57,221 nt of DNA. Source: a bacterium. Lineage in GTDB: Bacteria; Hinthialibacterota; Hinthialibacteria; Hinthialibacterales; Hinthialibacteraceae. The stretch spans positions 1 through 57,221 of the forward strand of contig CAXXSM010000096.1 in NCBI GenBank assembly GCA_963663405.2, written 5' to 3'. Numbering within the stretch: the stretch's first letter is position 1; each line of letters begins with the position of its first letter. This document shows positions 30,647 through 40,246 of the stretch, one piece after another. Below the pieces are notes generated by a model, which saw only the letters and a program-made list of their open reading frames with translations, had not been told where the DNA came from and did not search any database. Made by a program: the position numbers and the translations under genes.

Positions 30647-30791
30647 ATATAACAGAGCAACAAAATCATATAAGCCAACTGCTTTTTTCTTTCGCGGTCT
30701 TCGGGAAAAACGCCATAATCAATCAATCCAAAAAATATAGTATGAATACATAGGAAATAGATTAGTGGGGGAAGAAGCGGTGGTACAGGGT
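30647..30791. repeat. Direct repeat copy 2 (truncated, frameshifted 5' fragment of the SGNH gene)
   Basis: Matches 27610..27755 apart from a few substitutions and a 1-bp indel. Confidence 0.95.
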
Positions 30792-30924
30792 CTAGGAATG
30801 ATCACGTAAAATAGAAAAAGGCATTCAACTTGGATATGTAGTGATCACAAATACAGATTTCAGCCTCCTTCATTTTGGATATATTCAAAATGGATTCTTA
30901 AGAATCAAGATAATGGCTTGATTT

Positions 30925-31149
30925 TCACTGTACGGCGATCGCATCCTTTGGGCAAAAGGAGACACATTCCATGCACCCGCTGCAATCCGACGATAACAGG
31001 GGTACAACTATCCAATCCGCCGCCGCTGCGCCGTATGATCTTTGCTGGCGTGGATAGACGCCAAATACTTTTTCTGGACAGCGGTCCAAACACATCCGGC
31101 ACAGCAGAGGATCTCCACACGCATTCGTATTGATTTGTACCTTCATCAT
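30925..31149 (-). CDS. 4Fe-4S dicluster ferredoxin
   Basis: C.....CRMCLDRCP and CSGCMECVSFCP. Confidence 0.85.
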   Translation of the reverse strand: MMKVQINTNACGDPLLCRMCLDRCPEKVFGVYPRQQRSYGAAAADWIVVPLLSSDCSGCMECVSFCPKDAIAVQ

Positions 31150-31155
31150 TTGTTC

Positions 31156-31956
31156 TCACCAGGGCAAATTGGGGCATTCGTCCCGCGGTTTTAAGGTGAT
31201 CGCGTCATGAGGGCAAGCCTGACGGCAAACCCCACACCCATAACATGATCTCTGATCAATGGTGGTTTTACCGGTGATATTTGAAAATCGCATCGCGCCA
31301 AACTGACATTGGGAAATACATTCCTTACAGCCATTGCACATATCCCAATCCACCTGCGCCACATACTCCGCCCGGAACATGGTTTGCGTCAAATTGGATT
31401 TCACCTGCAGCCGGTACGCCAAACAATCCTGATCGCAGTTGCACAAACCTCCAATATAGGGTGTTTTAAATGTCCAGATAGAATGGACCATCCCCTCCGT
31501 GTCACACGAGCGGATAAACTCTTTGGCCTCCTCTTTCTCGAGGACATCATAGTTATAGTCCGGAAATTCACCCAGCCGCAGTGTTGGATCTACATTGAAT
31601 CCTAAACAATAACGCGCTTCCCGGCCGGTTGTGATACGGCGGCAGACGCAAGGCAGCCGGATTACCGAAGCCGCCAGATTAATCACTTTTTCTGTGTCTT
31701 CCAAAGGAATCACTTGTCCCCAATGATTCTTTTTAGATGTTTTAATTGCGATTTTCCGGATAAAGCGATACAACCATGGGACCTTCCGAATCCCGTCCAA
31801 TTTCGCGATCTTCTGACCGTATTCTTCCTCAAACCGCAAGATGAAGTTCTGCGCGTATTCCTTCCGTCCATCTTGTTCGTAAAGTTCACGCGAATAATTC
31901 CGCATGTCCAAATACCATTTTTTCCCTTCACCGTGCTGATGACAAAATTCACACAT
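31156..31956 (-). CDS. 4Fe-4S binding protein
   Basis: MCEFCHQHG start after an AAGGAGG RBS; PCVCR, LCNC..DC, CNGCKECISQC and CYGCGVCRQACP. Confidence 0.85.
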   Translation of the reverse strand: MCEFCHQHGEGKKWYLDMRNYSRELYEQDGRKEYAQNFILRFEEEYGQKIAKLDGIRKVPWLYRFIRKIAIKTSKKNHWGQVIPLEDTEKVINLAASVIRLPCVCRRITTGREARYCLGFNVDPTLRLGEFPDYNYDVLEKEEAKEFIRSCDTEGMVHSIWTFKTPYIGGLCNCDQDCLAYRLQVKSNLTQTMFRAEYVAQVDWDMCNGCKECISQCQFGAMRFSNITGKTTIDQRSCYGCGVCRQACPHDAITLKPRDECPNLPW

Positions 31957-32103
31957 CAAATACCCTCCTTTCACCGATCCAATCCTATATAGTGTAACCT
32001 GATTTTCCTAAATAAAACGTATTCATCTTCCCCAGTCATTCACTTTACATCAAACGTTTCTGCTCATTATAATGATATATTGTTCAATTCTCTAAGACGA
32101 AAT

Positions 32104-34904
32104 TCAACTGTATGTTCTGTTCGAGTTTTTTAATTTGTCCATCTGTTTTTTCATGCACTCCGGACAAATGCCATGACTGAATTCCGCATCGGAATGCTGG
32201 GAAATATACAATTCCAATTGCGCCCAATAACCTTGATCGTCACGGATCTTTTTGCAAAATGAACAAATAGGAACGATTCCCTTCAATGTCTTAATCTCCG
32301 CTAACGCGTTCTCCACTTCACCCTCTAATTGTATCTGACGAATCCGCATCATCCGGACGCGCCAATAATGCCCGGCGATCAAAAGAGAGACGAAAAACCC
32401 AATGGCAAAAATCCGAAATTCCATCGTCGCCCAAAAGGGAGGCGTAATGACAATACGCAGCGTCGCGCCTTGATTATTCCAGAGTCCATCGTTATTGGAG
32501 CCTTTCACTTGAAAGGTGTAAGCGCCCGGAGATAAATCCGTATAACGCGCAAATCGCCGATGATAATTCCAATTCTCTTCTAGAGGCGTCATCCGGTACG
32601 CGTATTGATTTTTATGCGCTTGCGTATAATTCAAAACGGCAAATTCAAACGAGAGGAAATTCTCTTGATAGGAAAGCGTTATTGGCTCACCATTTGCGAT
32701 GTTAAAGGCGATAGGATAGGATTCATTCAACACATGAAAGGCGGTAATGACAACTGGTGGAACAAAGGAATTATTTGTCAATTCTCCTGGCCAGATACAA
32801 TTCAATCCTTCCCGGCCGCCAAAATACAGTTCTCCTTTTAAACCTTTCAAACAACAATTGGAATTAAATCCCCCTCTCTGCAACCCGTCACTGTGATCGA
32901 ATGTTAGAAATTCAGGTTTTCGAGGATCAAATCTTGAAATCTTACCATTGTCCATACTGATCCATAAATACCCCAACTCATCTTCAAGAATGCCCGTAAC
33001 CACGAAATCCGGTAACCCTTCATCGACGGTATAGTGGGTGAACACCGTCCGATCCGAATTCAACCGGCTTAATCCCTGCTCCGTCCCCAGCCACAACGCA
33101 TTTTCCGGTCTTCAAAAATCGTAAGAACATTATCATTTAGTATACTATTAGAGTCTTCTGGATCGGCTCGATAGACCTCGAACCGGTCTTGGGCGCGATC
33201 GTAACGATTCAAACCACCCGAACTAGTTCCGATCCAAAGAGTATGAGAATGATCTTCACAAATGCAGCGGATAAATCGATCGCTGAGTCCCCGTTGAGAG
33301 CCTTTTTTCGGATTGTATTGTTTGAATGTTTCTGTCTCTGGATTAAAAACACTGAGACCGTATCCTTCGGTGCCGATCCAGAGCAAACCGGTAGAATCCT
33401 CCCGCATCGCGCGAACAACTTCTCCACAAAAACCTCCCGGCCGGTCTGGTTCGTGTGGAAATCGTTGATACACCTGTTTATCCCGTCTAAAACAACAGAG
33501 TGAGGCGTTCAGGTTGAACCAACTCCCCAGCCACAAATTCCCCCTTCGATCTTCACATAATGAAACAACTGTTTTGCTATCGAATCTATGTGAATGAGAC
33601 GAGTCAGGTCCGAAGTTCGTAAAACGCTTGGTTTCCGGATCAAAACGATTTAACCCACCGCCATCCGTTCCGATCCAAATCACGCCATCCCGATCCTGGA
33701 GCAGCGCATATACTCGATTCTCATAAAGGCTCTCCGGATCTTTCGGATTATTCTTGAAGTACTCAAACTGTCCCTGGTTGGGATCGTGATATAGAACACC
33801 GTCATCCAACGTGCCTAACCAGAGCGTTCCAGCGGTGTCCCGGTAAATATCTATTACTGTCTTGATCACATAATTCGGATCCGTTTTCAAGACCAATTTT
33901 ACTGGATAAAATCGTTCGGTTTCCAGGTCCAAAACACAAAGCCCTCCTCCCCGCGTGCCAATCCATAATCGGCCCTCCTCGTCTGGGTATAGACATTGAA
34001 CGATATTACTCGTGATGCTGTTGGGATTCGCTGGATCGCGCCGGAAATACCGGTACGTTCCTTCCACCGGATCGTATCGGTAAAGACCCATATCCCAGGT
34101 TCCATACCAAACAACGCCGGACGATTCAATCCACAACGCTGTGATATCGGGCAGTGGCTCATTGGGCAATTCCACTCCATAATGTTGGACTTTTTGAGTC
34201 ACTGGATTGAATCGTTCCAGCCAACGATTCCCTGTTGGGCCGATCCAGAGATTACCCGATGGACCTTCCGCGAGACAATTCAACTGATCGATCGCAAATG
34301 AAGCCGGATCGTTAGGATCGTGCCGGAATGATTGGAATTCATCCTCCACCGGATCAAACAAATTCAAACCACCCGCAAGAGTTCCGATCCACAAATCTCG
34401 ATTTCGATCGAATAAGATTGATGATACATTATTATTACTAATACTGTTTGGATGAGCGGGATCGTGCAAATAACGGCGAAACACGCCCGTCCGTGGATCA
34501 AAACGGTTCAGTCCATTTTTCGAACCAATCCAAAAAATACCATCATCCCCTTCTACCAGTGTATTTAATTCGTTACACGATATAGAATTTGGATCCCGCC
34601 GGTGATTTTGATAAAGCATACAGTCGATGCCATTAAACTTCGTCAATCCCCGGTCCGTCACGAACCACAGAAAACCGGTTCGATCTTGATAGATCTTACG
34701 AACTTGGTTGCTCGATATTCCCTGATCCATAGTAATCCGATCCACCTGCAAGACCGATGGAACCGGCGAATTCGTTTTGGCCTGCGATTCAAAAATGAAA
34801 AGAGAGAAAACGAAAAGAACGGATATATAAACTGATTGAATTCGGATCAGACTGGAACACTTCGAGAGAAATACGGGATAGAACACAATTCGGACCAAAG
34901 CCAT
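32104..34904 (-). CDS. Beta-propeller (Reg_prop) plus Y_Y_Y membrane sensor with short Cys-rich cytoplasmic tail; one apparent frameshift near 33105
   Basis: Repeated LWIGT..GGL..FD blades; NQYAYRM...YTDLSPGAYTFQVKGSN; PPFWAT plus TM; PICSFCKKIRDD...SHGICPEC. Confidence 0.88.
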
Positions 34905-35007
34905 GCCCCCTTCACAAGTATTCACGAAATGATACAAAGACGCTCCGTAAAGAAATATGATCGAAAACGAAACAGCATAGAATGAAATACGAAATAATAT
35001 CTTCATC

Positions 35008-35102
35008 TATATAAAAATGAATTCCGAGACTCTCTTGTTCGTGATTTCTACCGCGACTCATTTTCATTTGCAGGTTGTGATCTAAATCATGCCGGTTTAT
35101 AC
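35008..35102 (+). repeat. Dispersed palindromic repeat, copy A
   Basis: AAAATGAATT-N31-GACTCATTTTCATTTGCAGGTTGTGATCTAAATCATG; homologous to copies B-D. Confidence 0.8.
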
Positions 35103-35360
35103 AGACTTAGAACAACATCCCAAATACAATATTCACTCAAGTTTCGTCCTGAAGAATCTTTCGCAATGTCCCCCCATAAATGATTAACGCCACAAGAATA
35201 AGGCCTTTTTAGAAGAATATAGCGTTTTTAACATTCTTTTTAAAGAATCAGAATGTGGAACGGTTCTCTTACCAATAAATAAGAATACTCTATTTTTCCG
35301 CTTTGGAGCCGGATTCAAGTTTTTCTTTAGGATTCTTCCCACAAGCCAGCCAAACATCTT

Positions 35361-36239
35361 CTATAGGGTATTTATGTTAGAGAGACGGCATTCAATCCTG
35401 TGGGTTTTAATCCCATTGGATGGAAAGACGGAAATCAAGTGAGTCCGGATATCGTTGCTCAGTTCCCAGGCGGCGATCGGCGTATCCGCCCAAGCTGCAA
35501 TCCAGCACCGGTAGCAATTTTCTTTCATATCCATAATCCAAAAGCGGGGCTCTTCATAATCCGAAAAATGTTGACTCTGTTTTGCGCCCTCGATCGCCAG
35601 CGCTTTTACTTGGTTTATATCACTCTCATACGATACTAAAAACTCGACATGAACCCATTGATACGTATCATGTATCGTACAATTCGTTATCTCTTTGCTG
35701 AGCATTCGATTATTGGGAATAATATACCGCCTCCAGTTCCAGACTTTTAATACAGTGTGTGAAATGGTGATATCCTCGATCGTGCCATACATATCATCGA
35801 TAATCACCGTGTCTCCCACTCGAATGGGCTGCGAAAACGAGATCACGATCCCGGAAATCAAATTCTCGATAAAGGGCCGCGACGCGATTCCAACAATCAC
35901 ACCGGATGCGGCGACGGCGATAGAAATCAACGTCACGGGAAGATGATCGAGCAAAGGAAAAACAAGCGCCAAAACCCAGAGAAGAAATATCGTAAGCAGG
36001 ATCATTTTGCGCAGAATCGAAAAATGACTTTTAACATTCTCCAAAGCCGATTCTTTGGCCTCTTCCATAGGTTGATCGAGTGGTGTCTCTGTCTTGAGTG
36101 ACTCAAATCGCTTCATCCGCCCGATTCGTTTTTTCTTTTGGTTTTCGATCGCATTGATACGCCAATGCGCCCACAAGAAAAACAAGGCGCCGGCAACGCC
36201 CACAATAATTTGGTAAATCACGGTAGAATTGAACATCAA
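35361..36239 (-). CDS. Small-conductance mechanosensitive channel (MscS family)
   Basis: NLISGIVI...PIRVGDTV.I....GTIEDI....T...IIPN motif; TM helices. Confidence 0.88.
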   Translation of the reverse strand: MMFNSTVIYQIIVGVAGALFFLWAHWRINAIENQKKKRIGRMKRFESLKTETPLDQPMEEAKESALENVKSHFSILRKMILLTIFLLWVLALVFPLLDHLPVTLISIAVAASGVIVGIASRPFIENLISGIVISFSQPIRVGDTVIIDDMYGTIEDITISHTVLKVWNWRRYIIPNNRMLSKEITNCTIHDTYQWVHVEFLVSYESDINQVKALAIEGAKQSQHFSDYEEPRFWIMDMKENCYRCWIAAWADTPIAAWELSNDIRTHLISVFPSNGIKTHRIECRLSNINTL

Positions 36240-36587
36240 TCCGGTTCCTTTTACGCGGCAGGATTCTATTGAATATCATAATCCCATATAGCCGATCATG
36301 AAAATGCTTCAACTAAGGAATAAATCCAGAAACGAGCCGGGAAACACGTCTTCTCACACGGCGATTATGAATTCAAGGAAAAAAGCATACGCGGACAGGC
36401 ATCATCTCAATGGATTCAAAGGCGCCAAATGTCCCATCTTCCTTCCCAAAAAGGAAAAATAGATCGCCCTAAAACAATAAAAAGAATTCTAAAGAGAGAT
36501 GAACGGGAAAGGATTTCGAATGCGGATTTGAATGGACTGAACCGATTTATTCCTTCACAGCAACAAATCATTATCTATACAAGTCCA

Positions 36588-37487
36588 TTAATCATTCAAA
36601 TGCCAGGGATCAACAAGCGGAATTGGTGTGGGCAGTGGGATAGGAGTTACGATCCATTTTGAATTCTCAATTACATTCCCTTCCAGGTCCCAATTGATAA
36701 TTTTACCTGTAAAGTGATGATCCTTATACTCATAATATGAATATAGTTTTTTCCCATACGCATACGAAAAAGAAGGACCATCTTGCCGCCCCTTTGAAAA
36801 AATACTAATATTGTGCAATTCACCATTCGTATAGAATTGCGCCAAGACTCCATCCCTTATAACACAATCATCAACAGTTGTGATTTCATTATAAGCGGCC
36901 AATTCACCATCAAATCCAAATTTCAGCCGGGCCATTCGATTCCAATCTTTTTTGTTGATAACATCCAAGTATATGATTCTTCCATTCTGATCTCGTTTCA
37001 AAATCTCATAGGAGTAAAGATTCTTGTTTTTGAACTTTTGAATATTCTCATGGATTGTTTTGAGAAGAGCAATAGATTTTTCATAATAGATTTCAATATT
37101 AAAATCAGGATCAGGATTTTCCAATAGCGGTCTATGCGTAGGAGCCGGATCAGGCGGCCGGTATAAATTTTCCTGTTAAGTTAGTAACTTCTTTTTATTA
37201 ATTCTCTCACTTACCTTCTTGACAGCGGTCTCGTGTGTTCCATCGAGAATAAAATCACTAACATGAAAAATAGGCGCGAATTTAACAAATTCTTGGAATG
37301 ATAGTTGTACAGTATTAGGTTTTGAATGTACATCATCACTGTCTATTTGTAATCCATCATTCGATTGGTTACGTACAACAATAGGTTGTTCACAATTGTT
37401 AGTATATAAATTAAACAAATAGTACGCGCAGGTGAACGTTATTAATACCAAAACGATTAGTGAGATAAGTAAAGCGAGATTTTTCAT
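36588..37487 (-). pseudogene. Membrane-anchored MORN-variant/YwqK-like protein interrupted by an in-frame TAA at 37176-37178
   Basis: ORFs 37176..37487 and 36588..37124 are in the same frame and joined by 17 sense codons (KKLLT*QENLYRPPDPAPTHRPLLENP); DGVLAQFYTNG, GRQDGPSFSY and GKIINWDLEG repeats. Confidence 0.7.
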
Positions 37488-37534
37488 TTTGTTTTCCTGA
37501 TTGAAGAAACAAGGGAGAAGACACTAAATAAAAT

Positions 37535-39174
37535 GGGTGTAACTCGCGCTCCGCGCTATGCAGCCTGTTCCCAGATTTCATTGATCATCTCTCGATATGG
37601 ATATAACTTATGAACGTTTTCTTGAATACGATGGTCTTGGAAAGCCTCCCAATCGTCATTGAGAAAGACGGCTCGCAAGTCCAACATGGCTTGAGCGCCT
37701 TCGGTCCGCCAACGCATTCCTGTTCCTTCCATTCGATCCTTGACTAAGTGACGGCAAGCCCCTTCGACCACCCCACTCCCGATGGGATAGCCAAACGCTA
37801 AATAATAATCATAGCGCATATACTCTCGGTTATTTTCCAAATACGTAATCACGCGCTCCAGCTGTCTCTTTTTCGCCCCCCGCAGACCTCGCTTGGTTCC
37901 CATTTGTCTCAAGCCACCAATCACTCGGCCCACTTGCCCTTCGAGTAAACGAGTCAGACGGAGTTTCACGAATGTTTCCGCTTCTTCACTCCCTTCCGGA
38001 ACGAAACAATAGGCGGCGCTCCACAGGCGTTCCATGACGTGATAAATATCGATGATGCAGACGGTATCGACTTCATAGGCTTCGGCTTTTTTCCACAACG
38101 CCCGTTCCCCGTCCATCAAACAAACGACCGCTTTATTTCCAGCTGCATTCCGGATGTTCAGTTCCTCCGCAAACCATTGGAAGATTCGATCTTTTCCGTT
38201 GCTCTCTTCGCCTTCCATCTCTCTTGTCAGTTCCGCCCGCATCTGTTTGTGGCGCGGAACGGGGCGGTTTGCGCTCTGCTCCTTCCGGAAGATTTCATTC
38301 ACCACGTCCTCCGCCTGACGAGGAAACGGATCGATTGTATACACTGCGCCTACACACGCTTGACGCTTTTTATTCGCCTTTTCTCCTCGTTTCCGTCTCC
38401 CCGGCTCAACCGTCTCTTCCCGCCGCATCGGTACTCCCTTCCCATCCGCCGTGAGAACTAGAATCGAGCCCTCTTCTTCCGCGGCGGGTGTGGGCTGCGC
38501 CCAGCGAAACGCTTCCACCTCTTGCGCCATGGCGCCGTTCATATATTCCAGACTGCGAACCGACTGGCCAATCCCCAATATCCGTTCCAAGGTTTGACTG
38601 GATTGCTGATAAGAGTTTTGCACACAAAACGCCTGCGACCATTCTTGGAGTAAAAAGGAAAAATCACTTTCGGGTAAATTCAGCCGGGCGTCCAACGGAA
38701 CCACCTCATGTTTTTGGCTCTCGCGAGTTCCATAGACCGTTCGGTTAATCATGATTTCACCAAAGACGGATACATACCGCTTTTCGTATTGCGTGTCCAA
38801 GCGGCGTAAGGTTTTCCCGTCCGGCTCAATGGTAGGACCGAGGTCGCCCGTTCCTTGCCGGTCGATCGTCTCTTCCAGCATGATTCGGCCAAGATTCATA
38901 AGACCGCTCCATAGCTCTTTCTCGATTTGATCGATTGGGATTCCGTTTTCGGCTGCTTCTTTCACCTCATTCCACAACGCGGCAAACTGATCTTTCGACT
39001 TGAAAATTTCTCGTTCTTGTTCCATCATCAACCTGGGGCCTCATTTCAGTCAGGATATACATTGTTTTCATGGACTAATGTTATACCTGTTGAGGCCCTT
39101 TTTAACAAGTCATAAATTACACTAACTATAATATAATCAATACTTTATGAAATCGAGCTCCGCGGGTTACACCC
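37535..39174 (-). mobile_element. Complete insertion sequence, ISKra4-family-like (1640 bp)
   Basis: TIRs GGGTGTAACTCGCG (37535-37548) and CGCGGGTTACACCC (39161-39174), 13/14 match; 9-bp TSD AAATAAAAT at 37526-37534 and 39175-39183. Confidence 0.93.
37556..39031 (-). CDS. ISKra4-family DDE transposase
   Basis: ADGKGVPM, MDGERALW, IDIYHVMERLW and PIGSGVVEGACRHLVKDRME.TGMRW motifs. Confidence 0.9.
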   Translation of the reverse strand: MMMEQEREIFKSKDQFAALWNEVKEAAENGIPIDQIEKELWSGLMNLGRIMLEETIDRQGTGDLGPTIEPDGKTLRRLDTQYEKRYVSVFGEIMINRTVYGTRESQKHEVVPLDARLNLPESDFSFLLQEWSQAFCVQNSYQQSSQTLERILGIGQSVRSLEYMNGAMAQEVEAFRWAQPTPAAEEEGSILVLTADGKGVPMRREETVEPGRRKRGEKANKKRQACVGAVYTIDPFPRQAEDVVNEIFRKEQSANRPVPRHKQMRAELTREMEGEESNGKDRIFQWFAEELNIRNAAGNKAVVCLMDGERALWKKAEAYEVDTVCIIDIYHVMERLWSAAYCFVPEGSEEAETFVKLRLTRLLEGQVGRVIGGLRQMGTKRGLRGAKKRQLERVITYLENNREYMRYDYYLAFGYPIGSGVVEGACRHLVKDRMEGTGMRWRTEGAQAMLDLRAVFLNDDWEAFQDHRIQENVHKLYPYREMINEIWEQAA

Positions 39175-39226
39175 AAATAAAATTAATTCATCAGTATCTC
39201 CTCCCATTAAGAATTAAATAATAACT

Positions 39227-40237
39227 TTATTGAATTGTATTTAAATACGGCGCCCATTGTGATGGTGATGGCGCTGTGTTGCCCCAGAGTTCAAAATGAA
39301 AATTTGAAATTGGCGGCAAATCGCCTTTAGCAAAATGCAGTACATTATATGATATATGAACACAATTATTAATAAATACGCTATACGATGTATTTGGATC
39401 ACTTGGATCGTATTCAGAAATTGCTAGCAAGTAATCTACACATTCTTTCATTGTATCTATGTCTACATCAAAACCCGCCCAACCATCAGGAGAGTAAGAG
39501 TCAATCCGTAACTCCCCATCGGATCCGAATATCCCTTCATCGTTTTCAGGATACCAACCATAGGTTGCGCCAATAAAGTTAGTTGAATCACTATAATTTG
39601 CTAATTCAAGTTTAAACCAAGCATGACCAAATAACACTTCATCCTAAGTATATGGATGAAATATACTTGGTATTGCGTTCTTGGAAAACGCCCATATCTT
39701 AATTGTTTCATTATATTTCTCCGCAGTATTCTCTGTTATTGAGCTCATTGGGGTTGAATCACCCGATACAGCGCTTCCACAGGTTCCCGTACAATTAATA
39801 AAACCAAGGTGAGTGCCTGTGACCGTAAATGTTCCAAACCAAAAAATAGTCGCTACAATCCAATGGGGATCAATATATTCATCAATCTGACATAGACTGG
39901 AATCCGATGTGGTCCACGTGCTACCGAGTTCATCGCATGATACCCAATCACGAAGATCCCATAATCCCCACGTTTCGGTATCAGGATCGTACTCATAGGC
40001 GGCGATATCGAACTCGACCTTTAATTCTTCAATCCAATACGCCTCAATCTCAAGAGATTCATTCAACTCGCTCTTGGCCAGAACATTACTTGTATTATAT
40101 TCATATGCCCATACAGAATACGTATCTGGAGTATTACATGGATTTACCGCATAACATTGATTAATAGTAAACACTATTGTTATCAATGAAATACTGAAAT
40201 GAATTATATTTTGGTATTTATAATATGTTTTCGTCAT
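39227..40237 (-). pseudogene. Secreted Cys-rich protein with C-terminal permuted papain-like (His...Cys) domain, interrupted by an in-frame TAG at 39644-39646
   Basis: ORFs 39644..40237 and 39227..39637 are in frame (HPYT*DEVLFGHAW); signal peptide; GHAW, YGWYP and YSVFINNCV motifs; AAGGAGG RBS. Confidence 0.65.
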
Positions 40238-40246
40238 TGCCTCCTT

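Noticed and set aside
36588-36620. C-terminus VDPWHLND as a fifth W-x-L-Y tail
   Set aside because: It lacks the terminal aromatic residue, and the protein has a membrane anchor; the match is too weak
39644-39646. Pyrrolysine or genome-wide TAG recoding
   Set aside because: TAG serves as a normal stop elsewhere (for example the transposase and LRR genes), no pyl genes are in view, and the neighbouring interruption is TAA
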